A stretch of DNA of 61,395 nucleotides, the filler included, from Sphacelaria rigidula (Eukaryota), in NCBI GenBank assembly GCA_964200075.2. It is 5 parts of 5 records of this genome, joined end to end, with 100 filler letters (N's around TTAATTAATTAA, not from the genome) between each part and the next. Parts side by side here need not be neighbours in the genome. Positions count along the whole stretch, not along the records: positions 36,899 to 49,097 come from CAXNAA020004013.1; positions 49,198 to 61,395 come from CAXNAA020004014.1; 3 more parts are not named here. The stretch is one strand, 5' to 3'. Made by a program: the position numbers and the translations under genes. This document shows positions 37,996 through 50,372 of the stretch, one piece after another (within the stretch, counting starts at the first letter, position 1; each line of letters starts with the position of its first letter). A model generated the notes under the pieces. That model did not search any database. It saw nothing but the letters and a program-made list of their open reading frames with translations, and was not told where the DNA came from.

Positions 37996-38632
37996 CCGTG
38001 TCTTAGCCCATCATTTTTCGATCGAAAAAAGAGGGCGGTGGGATTGATTTGAGCCAATTTGTTCATTTCTCGCGAGTTGGGTCCAAGCGAATTCGCAAGC
38101 TTTCGATCGAAAAAAGACTGTGAAATTCGTGACGCGGTACTTACTCGCTTGTCTGCAGCACAGTGCTATACACTGTAGCGTGCCTGAGTGTGTGTGTGCG
38201 TGTTTCGTACAGCAAGATGTGCAACAGAAGCGGGCAACGTGCAGTGTAGACAGCGTAGGACTATCTGTACTCTCTGCTTGCAGTGCGACGTGAAAATGGA
38301 CTTGCACAACCTACAGGTTTGTACTGCCTGCACTGTCCATCAGTGAACGCTACTCGGTCGTCCACCCTACCACGCGTCGCCGATCCCCACCATGAAAGAA
38401 GATGCTCCAGTTTCGCCGACAAAAAATAAACACATCATACCCAACTACTGCAGTGTATCTATCCCTGTGCTCAACTTGTACTCTATGCTGCAGGGTTACG
38501 GTGGTAGCTGAGAATAAGTTGTGCGGGGTTTGCATTGTTCTGTGCACGAGTGGTATCTAGCGTGGTGGCCTGCAAGATAGGAGCCAAGTGCCCCTTCGTA
38601 CCTTTCCTCCGCATGTTTTCGATTGAAAAAGC

Positions 38633-39370
38633 CAAGGGCAGGTCAGGTAGGGTGCGCACTTTTGCATACTCGGGTAAAAATAATAGCCGGGAATTTACCC
38701 TACCCAATGTTTGGGTAGATTGGGAACCACCTCCAATACTCTACCCAAATTCTGGGTACATTGGGTACGACCTCAAATACTCTATCCAAATTCTGGGTAC
38801 ACTGGGTAAGATCTCAAATACTCTACCCAACTCCTGGGTACATTGGGTACGACTTCAGATACTTTACCTAAAAGTTGAGTAAGTACTCTCAGCAATGGCT
38901 GGGCATAGAGTATCGCTTATGTATAACTTCAATGCTCTACCCAGAGTGTGGGTATGTTGGGTACGATCTAAAATACTTCCCCCAAGGTTTGGGTAGATTG
39001 GGTACAACCTCCAATACTCTACTACCCAAAGATTGGGTAAGCACCCTCAGCAATACCTGGGAATAGAGTATCACTTGGATATGACCTCAATACTCTACCC
39101 AACTTCTGGGTACACTGGGTACGCCTCCAAACACTCTACCCAAAGTTGAGTAAGTACTCTCAGCAATGGCTGGGTATAGCGTATCACTTACGTATGACCT
39201 CAATGCTCTACCCAGAATGTGGGTATGTTGGGTACGATCTGAAATACTTTACCCAAAATTTGGGTAGGTTGGGTACGATTTTAATATTCTACCCAAATGT
39301 TTGGGTACGAAGAGTATGACTTTTCAAAATACGGAGTATCATTGGGTATACCCTATCCGACCTGTCCTCG
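38633..39370. mobile_element. Non-autonomous TIR element (~740 bp) made mostly of a 41-bp palindromic array
   Basis: TIR CAAGGGCAGGTCAGGTAGGGT / ACCCTATCCGACCTGTCCTCG; unit TACCCAAATTCTGGGTACATTGGGTACGACCTCAAATACTC; interspersed longer variant units containing TCAGCAAT...AGAGTATCACTT (higher-order structure). Confidence 0.82.
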
Positions 39371-39508
39371 AAAAACTACCCTCTTCAGAGGGTATAGGCA
39401 AGCAACAACAACAGTTACGCACGACGGTGACAATATCAAGGAAAAGCGTCTACTACAAACTGCGGCATATGATTTGCACGCTCTGGATGACGACACTAGA
39501 TTACATTG

Positions 39509-39845
39509 TCAAGAAGTGTACTCCGTACATACGGTATTGACTGTTGCGTCTATTGCAGTGAACGAAATATTCCATACTGTGCACGGTACACTTTTCGACA
39601 GTATAATATTTTCTCCAGGTTGTGATGAGTTGCGGTATGTCCCTGTGTTCTTTCGAGACATGCTGAACATCATGAAGCAATTTATCTCGTGTCGAGAGGT
39701 CCCACCTAACATGGAGGAGATCGCCTTGAAGTTGTTATCTGGATCTCCATCATCTCTCGCGTCATCCGTTGCCCCGCCGCCACTATCGGGATTGCTCGCT
39801 GCCTCCAGTAACGCGCGAAGTGCTGGCGTTGAATTCAGCACCTCC
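39509..39845 (-). CDS. Candidate isolated exon, unknown product
   Basis: T-rich tract plus CTACAG acceptor, then open frame EVLNSTPALRALLEAASNPDSGGG...; no partner exon identified. Confidence 0.25.
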
Positions 39846-39943
39846 CTGTAGTATGCAGAAACAACCACAACAACAAAAGCAACCAATGAATGGCAGTTGA
39901 CGGGCTGTAGCAATACCTGCTGATCCAGACACTTGTTGAAAAA

Positions 39944-40156
39944 GTGTGTGTGTTGTGTGTTGTCCTATTTATTCTGGACGCCGGTCTGCACCTTTCGGTA
40001 TATGTGGGCGCACCAGCCGGGATCACACAGAAGGAAGTTCAACACAGGAGCTTTTTTTTTATTTGTTTTTGGCACCACACCTTACTTCTGCGGTGCTTGC
40101 CATTATTTTTGATCGCGAGAGGGGTTGAGCAGTCCCTTTCCCTCGTCGACCGTTAA
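39944..40156 (-). mobile_element. tRNA-derived SINE copy lacking its head, abutting a palindromic array
   Basis: Matches 28565-28750; (TG)-rich tail at 39944-39963. Confidence 0.8.
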
Positions 40157-40275
40157 TAGGGCGAGCACTCGAGTCATTGCTCGTTGTGGAAAAAAAGTCA
40201 ATAGGGCAAGCACTCGAGTCATTGCTCGTGGTGGAGAAGTAAATGACTCGAGCACACGAGTCACTGCTCGTGATG
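40157..40275 (+). repeat. GACTCG-N6-CGAGTC ~43-bp array, ~3 units
   Basis: TAGGGCGAGCACTCGAGTCATTGCTCG repeated. Confidence 0.8.
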
Positions 40276-40817
40276 AGCGACTTGCGTGGGGGAGTCAGCA
40301 ATCGGACTAGCAAATCATTACAATGAGCTCTTCGACGATCTTGAATCTACAACCTTCAGGTCCATATGCTATCCTTCTCCTTTTTTTTCTGATCACGAGC
40401 TGGATTGTTGCAATCAGCTACGTAATGCGAGATCATCATTTTTTTGTGTTTGTGTTTGTGTATGTGCTTGTCGTGATTTTGTTGTAATTGCTGTAGTTGT
40501 TTGTTCTTGCTCTTGTTGTTCGTTGGTGGTGGTGGTGGCATTGTTTTTTTGTTGTCATCGCTGTCTCCTTTCTTTCCTTTCTGAGGCCGTTGCTTCTGTC
40601 TTTTTCTGTTCCTTTCTTGCTTTTTCCTTTGTATTATTATGTTCTATTTTTGCTGCTCCTGAACACGGGCTAATGTGAGATAATCAATGCATATCTGCAC
40701 ATGTACAAGCGTCAAGCTCCAAAGCTCGTCTTCATTATATCCAACCTTCCGCCCTCCCACACACAGATCAGAGTTCTACTGAACCGGCGGAGAGTATCTC
40801 TCGGTTAGTAAATTTAC

Positions 40818-41127
40818 AGGGCGAGCGCTCGAGTCATTGCTCGTTGAGAAAAAAATTGATGACTCGAGCTCACGAGTCATTGCTCGTTGTGAAAATAAAA
40901 TAGTGACTCGAGCACACGAGTCATTGCTCGTTGTAAAAAGAATGTTTGACTCGAGCACACGCGTCATTGCCCGTTTTGAAAAAATTTAATAACTCGAGCA
41001 ACGAGCCATTGCTCGTTGTGAAAAAAAATGAATGGCTCGAGCACACGAGTCATGCCCTTTGTGTTTTCAAAAAACATCTACGAATGCACTCGTTTCGACG
41101 AGTAATGACTCGTTCGACGTGTGCACT
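40818..41127 (+). repeat. GACTCG-N6-CGAGTC ~43-44 bp array element, ~6 units
   Basis: Begins CAGGGCGAGC; unit GACTCGAGCACACGAGTCATTGCTCGTTGTGAAAAA... Confidence 0.85.
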
Positions 41128-41530
41128 TTATTGGCAATGTAATCTACTGTCGAGGGTGTGAAGGACTCGTCTTAGGAGGAAGGGTACGTGAAAAATGTAC
41201 GGAATATTTCATTGACATTTCGAGGCCACCACTCCAAGACGGTCGTAGTGACAGTACCCTCGTCAGTCACGGACGGTGTACCACGGGGACTGAGAGTGTT
41301 CGTTGCTGTGTGTCATACTCCAGTGTGTGGGGGGGGGCAGGACGAGGCCTCGGGGAAGGACAAGGGTGAGGGAATGGAGTGGACTGAGGACGGTGACGGG
41401 TGAGGGATGATCCTCACCCATGCCCGGAGGGTAACGACACTCTGATTATGAGAATGGACGATGACCCGAGGTGACTGCATCCTGGCCACGAGGAACATTC
41501 TAGGGAACATGCGGGGGCACGGTACCTACG

Positions 41531-41560
41531 ACAACAACAACAACAACAACAACAACAACA
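41531..41560. repeat. (ACA)10 microsatellite
   Basis: Perfect trinucleotide run. Confidence 0.95.
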
Positions 41561-44500
41561 GAAGCGACGAGGTCGGTATACCTGAGCTGGTAGCCAATTC
41601 CCATGGTTCAACACGTTTTTTCCTTTGTCAAACCCTGGCGCTAATGCCAACTCTATCTCCAGCCCGAGGCATGCCGATAATCCTCGGGAAATGCGAGGGA
41701 GTAATATGACGTCCTCAGTGAAGAGCATGATGACATAATTCAAATCGGCGCCAAGTCAAAACGTATGCTGCAGGCACCTCGGACTAGCAGCCCCCTAAAG
41801 ATCCGAATGTCGCCGCACACACTAGAACCGGGTATTGCTTCAACCATGGATTTTGTCGACAACAACAACGACGGCGACAATGACCATGACGATGACGACG
41901 TTCAGACACTTTTTCAAACCTATATAAACCTGGTTTACTCTCTACAGCACAACAGCAACATTACCATCCCAGCAAGCGCTCACCTCATGATTTAGGGGTT
42001 ACGAGAAAAAAAAAAGCACTGTCGCGAAGTGAACCCGCGACTATTCGTACTTTTCCACCCTGCCCATGGGACACTACAGTGCCAAACAGTATAGTGCCAT
42101 GATCCGTGCTCTGTCTAGGACAGTATACCACTCGGGGTACGAAAACCCTCGACCTCTTCGCTATTTATCTTCAAAACAGCCCCGCCCTGCCTTACGATCC
42201 CGTTCACCATAGAGATCTCGACGAGAAAAGTGCAGTGCAGGTTTTCGATCGTCATGTCGCCCCGGGTGATATTGTCCATGACCTCAATGGTATCGTCGTT
42301 TACGCGTGTTGAGGAGGAAAGGACGAGAGAGACGCCCTGGAATCACATGGACTTCGAAAGCAGAATGTTTTCTTTTTCGGTATAGTCGAACGATGATCAC
42401 GGTGAGAAAGTGGGGGAGAAACGCCCTGGTGTTCACATAGACTTCGAAAACGGAATATTTCTTTTTCGGGGCAGTCGAACGTTGACCTTTTATATCACGT
42501 GCAGCGCAACTCCCGTGCTGAGTCCAAACAAGCTGCGGTTTCCAGTTTTTTTGTTATCCTTATATTGTGGTCATCCCCATATCTTCTCCCACACGAGAAA
42601 AAAAGGGGGAAGAGCGGCGTATGTATGGATGTATCGTTGGCCACCTGCTTTTTCGATAAACAATACAGCACCACTGCAAATACAAACCTCATCGACAGCA
42701 ACATCGTCACACTCTAGTGGAAGAAGTGACAAGTTTCAACGCATTATGGTGAATCCCAGATTAAACCATTTGACCGCGCGGCATGGCCCGCTCGAATCCC
42801 TACGTATGTGTGCTAATACCAACCCGCGTTGTGTGCACTGGTTCATGTAGCGTACGACTTCTCCCGCTTGCAGTATAAACCCACAAGCCTTTGTATTCAA
42901 GATATTAGCACCCCCACTTGCACCCCCACCCACCTACCCACCTGAACGCTCTCACGCCATCCGCCTGACTCAACAAGTCGCTGAGCAGGTGAACCTATCC
43001 CGTATGTGTGCATCGAAAAGGATCAACGGAAAGAGACAATAAAATGTAGGCTCAGAAATCGGGCAGGAGGAGAAGAAGGAGAAGGAGGAGGGGGGGGGGG
43101 GGGCGAAAAAACGTACCGGGCGACATTAAAGGTAAAACTTAGTCCAGAGGTATGTAAGAGCAGCAATCACGCGACATGGTCCGGAGCAGTGACAACTTGT
43201 CTTTGTTTTCGCCGTACTTTCATCCTTCTTCGAGACAAACCCGCCGTGATTTCGGATGGGATTGTCGAGCAATGGATTATGACTATCAGCACTCCCGTAG
43301 CCCGTCAACTTTTCTCCAGCACATTTGCTGACGTCCGGGACCCAAAAAATGCAACTGTGAATGTATCGCTCTGCGCAAAGTTCGTAAGACCCCTCCCCTC
43401 CCCCGCTGCCCAACGCGATCTCCGGGCCCCTTTTCAAATCTGAGATTTCGTTGGCATAGTTTCCCCGGAATTCCCACAGCTGTCGATCCCTGAGTACACC
43501 GCTGCCCGCTGCTCGCAACGTGGATCTCGTCCGAACTTTCGTCTTCGTGGGCACGACGCTTCCATCTACATCGTTACGGCAGTTTCATCCTCCTCCCCTT
43601 CCACCCCCCCTTAGCTACACCTCTTTTTCCCCCGATATGCTAGTCTTCCCCCTTCCCATAGTTTAGACCAGACGCCGAGGGAATCAATTACCTTGCGGTC
43701 ATGATTGGACACGTTCTCTATCCCAGGGTGTCGATCGTTCCAGTCCTCCTCCCAAGTGGCCTGCCTAAAAATGCCATTCACAGTCATTATGTGCGCGTGT
43801 CGGGTGGCGGCAGGAAGGTACGGTCGGGTGGGTTATTCAATTTTCCAGCAGAAATTCCGGTTATTTTCCACGAAACATCTCGAGTGAAGTTGTGCTTTTG
43901 GCAAGCCACATGGTGAGGTATACAATACGTCCATGCTTGCGGGTCAAGTAAGAACAATTGGTTAAAAACATAGCGGTCAGAAGTCGGGGAAAGTAAAGAC
44001 GAGTGGTGGCACATACATCGATCTGAAAGTTGAGCTTGGGACTCCTACGATGAAGGCAACGCGGGTGGGATCCGGGCAGGGGGGCAGCTTAGGGACGAGG
44101 AAAGGTGTGTTGAACGGCCAAATTTTCTCGAGGGATCGACCTCATGTTTAGTTCCATGTCCACCCTGTTTGCCCGCACAGCTGCTAGAATGCTCTGCTCG
44201 CTGTGAATGGTAACCATCCGTGAACAGCAACAATTTTGAAGACGCAGTAAGTAGTGTACCACCCGTCTCCACCGGAAGGTCAACGTGCCGGTCCCAGCGC
44301 ATAAAGGCAAGCCGTGCCTCCGGAACTTTGTCGCTCGAGATTTGCAACTCGGGAACTGAAATGTTGAGGAGACGAACGAATGGACGGTTCAAAGCCGCTC
44401 TTGCGGCCGCTATCCTCTTTCCCCCCCTATTGTCCGGGAATGAGACCCTGTGGACTGAATTTCTTCAAAAATAAAGATCCGTTTCCGTCTCCCGCAAGGG

Positions 44501-44796
44501 TATAAAATCATAAAGAACTGCGGTACGTCTGCAAAATATATGTATGAATTTGCTTTCCTCCTCGGAAATCTGGGTCCTTGTTGAAAGTTGAGCGTGGCAA
44601 ATGCAATATATGTGTAGGCGTATTTGAGGACCCGGGAATCACACGAACATTGTTCTTAGATGTGTTTCGCCCCGATAATTGATTCCGAGCAGATATTTTT
44701 TCGAACGGCGACGAGGTGTGCATCGATACTGACATCATTGATCCCGCCTTAGTTTTAGCGACGCGCATACCACCTTTGGAGAGATTAATCTAATTT

Positions 44797-44844
44797 GGTT
44801 GATTGATTAGTTGGTTGATTGATTAGTTGGTTGATTGATTAGTT
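44797..44844. repeat. 16-bp minisatellite x3
   Basis: GTTGATTGATTAGTTG repeated three times. Confidence 0.9.
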
Positions 44845-45207
44845 GTCTCACATGAACTGATCCGGGGGGGGGGGGATACGGCCGTCGTCACAAGATAGAG
44901 AGAATAGAGCAATAAGCCGCATGCAATTGATTTCTGAGGTTAGTGACCCGCCATCTACCGACACCGGGCTATCTCCGCACACTGTGACATGATGAAAGTG
45001 CCCGAATAGTTGATCATGGCGCGCGACTCACTCGCGGGCGATTTTTTTACGGTCGCAAATAAGTTTCTGTTTGTGTGATGCCTTGCTACTGGTAGTACTG
45101 CTTGCATTCGGAGACACATTTCATTACCCCCGTCGACGAGATCAGCCTGCAGCAGCAATAATATATCATGCGCGGGAAGCATGTTTTGCAAAGTTGATAA
45201 CGCTCAA

Positions 45208-45306
45208 CCCTTTGACCGCGAGAGTAGGTCACCTGCTCAATCGGCATCAATCTCACTTGAAAAAGGTGTGTAATCTAGATGGAGTACCCGGATCGCGGTG
45301 TAAGAG
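45208..45306. mobile_element. Single ~100-bp piggyBac-like MITE (GACCGCGAG family)
   Basis: TCAA|CCCTTTGACCGCGAGAGTAGGTCACCTGC..AATCGGCATCAA...ATCGCGGTGTAAGAG; matches 34490-34591. Confidence 0.75.
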
Positions 45307-47129
45307 TGAAGGCATCGTGCACGCGAAATATCTTAGATTTCCGGGTTAATTCAGTACCGAGTACCCCGGGGTTTGTATCAACTGCCGAAAAAAAACAGTG
45401 TTTTAGGAGACTCGGGATATCTTCTGCAGAAAAAGTACGTGGAGACTCAGAGCGTAGTGGGATCTGAGACTTGTGGATCGACACGGATCGTTCCAAAATG
45501 CAGCTGGTCCAGCGGACGGATTACAGCGAAGTAGGAAATCGGAGTCGGCATACTCGGATGCCATAGACATGACTTATTCAGTGACCGGAAGAAGAGAGAC
45601 AGCTGTCCAATAATTTAGATCGAGCGGCAGTACAGTACATTATCGTTCGGCCATCTCGTCAAGCAGCACAAGCAACGTATTTCAGGATATTCAGAGTGTC
45701 AGTCGCCGGAAGCATTGATTTTGCAGGCTACTCGGGGTATATTGGCTTCCCCAAAACGCTGATAACTCTGGGGTGCCTAGTGTAACACTGCCGAAAATTC
45801 CGAGAAATTTCAGGGTACCGGAGAAGTTATGGATACCCCGAAATATCTGTATCCGTGTCCGGCACTACCCGAACTGCCATGTTTGCGTGTTGGAGTCGTC
45901 GAAACCCATCGTTACGATACTACATATCATGTATATGATGCAGCTGCTGTCCTGTGAAACAAACCACAGGGGAGGTTGGGGAGGATTCCCTTTTCAGGAG
46001 GTTAATATTGAAAAGTAAAACTATGAATTGCTTTCGAAAATCGTTTTTGGCCAGGAGGGGTGCTGACGTCAGAGTAGATTATCCCGGTCCCGTACAAGTA
46101 AAGACGTTTCTTGCCGACGCCTTCACCGCCCTGTGCCCTTCCTCGAGGCGAGTCTGCAGTCTCAGGAGGTTATGACTCATTCCCCCCTTCGTCGATTCTC
46201 ATCAAAATTCTTCAGTAAAGTTGGTCGGAAAGAAATTTCCCGAAATTTCATTACTTTATTCGAGTGTGAACATCGATATTCGGATCTTTGGTGGAATTGA
46301 CAGTCCCTAGTGCACCTAGCGCGCGCAGAACGCGTTTTCGTAAAATCGGCGCCTGCGTCGCAGATTTGAGGTCTACCAACGCCACATACTTTTTCTAGGG
46401 AACACTTGGCACCCCCCCCCCCCCCCCCCCCCCCCCGGGCTCGCCGTTGGTTTTGGGGGGGGTGGGGTTGGGGTTAGCGCTAGTTCCACATCATTCATGT
46501 AGTCCCGAGACATTTCTTGCCGACCAAGTGGCAAGAGTTGAGACGTGGATTCTAGAGGTGAGGTACACATATGAAGGAAATCACTTCAGTGAGATGTTGT
46601 TTCCGTCCGTGGAGAAGGGCAAATCCTACTTTCGGAAATCCAGTCAAAGCACACGTACGTCCGGATTCGGGCCTACCAGGACCCGTCGCCGCAACGCAGA
46701 ACCCACGCCCTCCGAGAACGAAACGTCAACCCTAAAGCCGCCCGAGGCCAAACGTTCCGAGAATCCGGCCCCTGACAATCCCGCTGGGTTTAGGAGCATG
46801 ACCATGGTATGCGGGGATGGTCACCAGTAGACCGGGTAAACGCTAGAACGGATCTTCCGTGCGTTCAAGTACTCGCCCGATTATTAAGGTTGCAGCAGCA
46901 TAGGGTGCAGCGCCTAGCGAGGGCTGGAGAAGTTAGGTTCATTCCCTTGCCTGTACGTCCAAAACGCAAAAGCCGGCTGAGGGCGGCCCCCTATCCCCCG
47001 CATCTCTCGACGCCAGGAGCTCAGGGTTCGGTAGCAGGAGTGAGTGAGGATGACAAGCTCCCGTTGCGATTCTATGCGCGTCGACTGCGCATGTGTAACA
47101 ACTTGTGCTCGTCCTGCTCAATTGGCTGA

Positions 47130-47670
47130 GGGGAAGATGTACTCATGATCTTGCATGCCATAGTTATACGACCATTGACCTCGCATTCCTACAAAGCCGG
47201 GACGGAGCACGCCGGGTTTTCGCCGGACCAGGCTCGCAATCAATCACCAAGCGCGCGGCGCCGTGATGTGCTCGGCGTTTCGCATGAAGGGCGAGATGCA
47301 TGCTGCGAAGATTGTTCGGCCCGGAGCGTACTCGTTATCTTGCCGGAGCGTACTCGTTATCTTGCGTATGGATGACAGCCTACAATGAGTTGCTTCATTT
47401 TCTGGTATTGCCACTTCCAGAGACAGCCACGGCTTACACACTGCCTCACGTGTGTCTAACCATCTCAACACTACGTAGTACGATCATCCCCTTTGCGCAG
47501 AGTTCGGGCTCTCCACCGCGCACAATATGATCTAGCTCGATCACCGTCATGGTTACCGCAAAAAAAACGTAAGCGAAAAAGAACGGTAACTTGGTTGCAT
47601 AGCTTACGCAGTGAGTGGCGTGATTTACAGCGTCGTTGCCAATTGACGCCAACCCTCAAAAGGGGGATCA
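47130..47670 (+). mobile_element. Dispersed ~500-bp repeat family (copy 2, with left end)
   Basis: Colinear with 21035-21517; left-end motif GTACTCATGATC.TG.ATGCC.TAGT also at ~48730 and ~49280, after G-rich tracts; internal 23-bp tandem duplication at ~47321-47365. Confidence 0.85.
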
Positions 47671-49097
47671 ATTGGCTGCGAGAAATGGCGGAGACAATTT
47701 CTTCCCGCAGGCGTCAAGCACAAAAAAGAAAACCTAGCGATCGCACCGGCACGCGCCGCCTACAGCACGGGTGATGTACACCCCCTGCTAGAGACGCCAC
47801 ACCGTTTAGCTGTTGCAGTAAACGACTGTGGGTGCTGACAACGTCCAGATACTACTGCGGGTGCAATCACGGTTATTGTAAAATAATCTGAAAGTTTGCT
47901 GACGTCCTGAGAAAGTAGAAGGCCGCTAACCGTGTGGCTTACGAGGCACGAATAACTCTGGCGCGTGACATATATATTCACGGCAACAAACTTTTTACGC
48001 CAAGCGCTTCCTCTTCACCGCCAACGACTATTGTGCAGAACCCCCCCCACCCTCCCATATATCCGGCCAACTGGCGGCCAAGCAGGGGTCTGGGCGCTCG
48101 GAAGATGAGCGCTTTGAGCGGCTGCAGATCGACTCGTGAAGCATCTGAGAGTCATTTTCCAAACGAGTATGGTGTCGCCTCAAGTGATGGATACCTTATC
48201 CTTCGACGGGCATGGGGTTAACGGACAGCGGTAGACACCGTTGCGCACCCACTCGACAAGACTGTACAACAAGTGTTTCGCAGCCGCGCGAAGTTCGGGT
48301 CTCAACTCTGTGGTGCAAGGTGCGGCATCGTAGGTAACGCCGTCAGTACGTATCATAAAGGGCTATCGGAAGGTAAGTTGGGCATGGGCGCCCCCCTTCT
48401 GTACGTCCGACATGGAGTCACTCAAAAATTTCCAGGGATGAAATATTCAGAGAGTGGAGTGGAATTCTTGATCGCGTCGTGAGGACTACCGTCTAGGAAG
48501 ATCCTGCTTCTTTTCATGTTTCTTGTCGGTCCGTCACTTTTTTTCTGTTGGCAGCATCGTCATCGAAAAAAGGGGTTTTCAGAGTTCAATGGGGGGAACG
48601 GACGGAAAATGGGCCTTCGAAGAATTCAACAACTACTCAAGCTAAAATACAAGCAGCACCGTTTATTGTGCGCTTGTCTTTATGTAAAGGAGAAATATTC
48701 GGTGCACACGGGGGGCGGGGGGGGGGAGGGTACTCATGATCTTGAATGCCGTAGTCATTAGACCATTGTACATCGGGGGGAAGGGCGGGGAAGGGGGGGA
48801 AAGGACACAGATCCTCCTGCTGTTGAGCAGCTACATCCACGGCAACGTAACGGGTAAAGTCAGTCCGCCTTGTCCGCCTCGAACCCACGCACGTGCGTCC
48901 AGAAGCCCATCGTCACCATTTCCCGAGCAATTAAAGCTCCATGCATCCAGAGGTACAGCGGCTATCGTTGTGAAATTGATCGCAGGCTGTACTTCTATTT
49001 GGGGAGTATATGTTGCTTACGGTCAACCGAACACACGGATGAATACAGTCGAGAGTTCGCCTTGCAAAGAAAATGGTGCACGGTATGACCGAGTCAT

Positions 49098-49197
49098 NNN
49101 NNNNNNNNNNNNNNNNNNNNNNNNNNNNNNNNNNNNNNNNNTTAATTAATTAANNNNNNNNNNNNNNNNNNNNNNNNNNNNNNNNNNNNNNNNNNNN
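49098..49197. other. Artificial contig linker 4
   Basis: N44-TTAATTAATTAA-N44. Confidence 0.98.
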
Positions 49198-49478
49198 CAT
49201 CTCATCTTAGTCGTTCGACCATCAACCATGCATCATTTTCGACAAAGAGCTGGGGGGGGGGAGGGAGGGGAGGAGGGGTGTACTCATGATCATGCATGCC
49301 ATAGTCCACAAGGGGAGGGGGGGACCGGCCGATAGAAACATACGACTCCGCAGGAACAGCGTGTGCGGTTTGTAACTAGAACAAGGTACGAAACACGAAG
49401 ACCGACTTTTGCCCGATCACCCACCACTGCTTACACTACCAAATTACCAGCAAGCGTAACAAACAGATGAAACTCACC

Positions 49479-50048
49479 AGCGTCTTCTTCGGTAGCATCA
49501 GGTCCGAACGGAGACCAGAACGCCTCGGACGAAGGGGGGCTCGACTCGTAAATGGTGTCGTCATAGTCGTCATTACCGTCGCTTAAGGGAGATCCGCGGC
49601 CCATAGTAGGATCTGAAGAAAGCATGCCCGTGGAGGAACCCGACTGGTGACGGATGAGACCGTACGTTCCGGGTGACGCTCCCACCGCGCGCTGCATGTG
49701 CGGGCTGACGTGAAGGTTGTCGACACCAGCGCCTCGGTGGGTCATGCCCGTAGGGGTGTGCAGCTTCGGCTCAACACTTGCTGTGCTGCCCTTAAACTGA
49801 GGAACTGTCTCGCCTATACCCATCGCGATCATAATGTTGATGATGAGTAACGACCGTTTTGGGAGTTTTTTGTCGTGCCGAATCCCAGGTTGGATGTAGC
49901 AAGTATTATGGTACAATATTTCGCGAGTTGAGTTCCCCGATGATTTCGTGGAGATACAAGAAAACACAATGCCGGCAAAGGAGGTCAAGGACACGACGAA
50001 AAGAAAAAACACCGGGGAAAAAAAAGCAGCAACAGTACCGAGCAACAA
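49479..50048 (-). CDS. Candidate exon with hydrophobic N-terminal segments and a Ser/Asp/Gly-rich tail, unknown product
   Basis: 205-codon open frame; strong G|GTGAGT donor after ...ATEEDA; 5' boundary unresolved. Confidence 0.35.
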
Positions 50049-50249
50049 TAACGAAGGAAGAGAGTACGGAAATCGTTGACGGGGAGAGCTCGGCCAACAG
50101 CATTACGGTGCAGGGGTCGATCGTCATGTGGAGGGGTGAAAGACACGACGAAATATACCCGAATAGAAAGAAGGGAGTGATATAACGCCAGAGCATCCAC
50201 TCTGAATCAGATATTACGCTCTGAACCTCCCGAATATGGTGTTCAATGT

Positions 50250-50372
50250 CTATTGATGGTCACAATAGGATCTGCCAAGCGGCCAGCAATACATATTGTT
50301 GGTCACAATAGAATCTGAATCGCGGCCACCAATGCCTAACGCTGGTCACAATGTAACCTGAATCGCGGCCAC
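50250..50372. repeat. 43-bp tandem array x3
   Basis: TGGTCACAAT...GCGGCCA at 50257, 50300, 50343. Confidence 0.85.

Noticed and set aside
39297..39851. 184-aa plus-strand ORF
   Set aside because: Starts within a transposon TIR; the distal half reads as antisense of the minus-strand candidate exon.
36899..49097. Downstream exons of the secreted module gene
   Set aside because: Different contig; no DG...SRWSC or GCDP motif seen.
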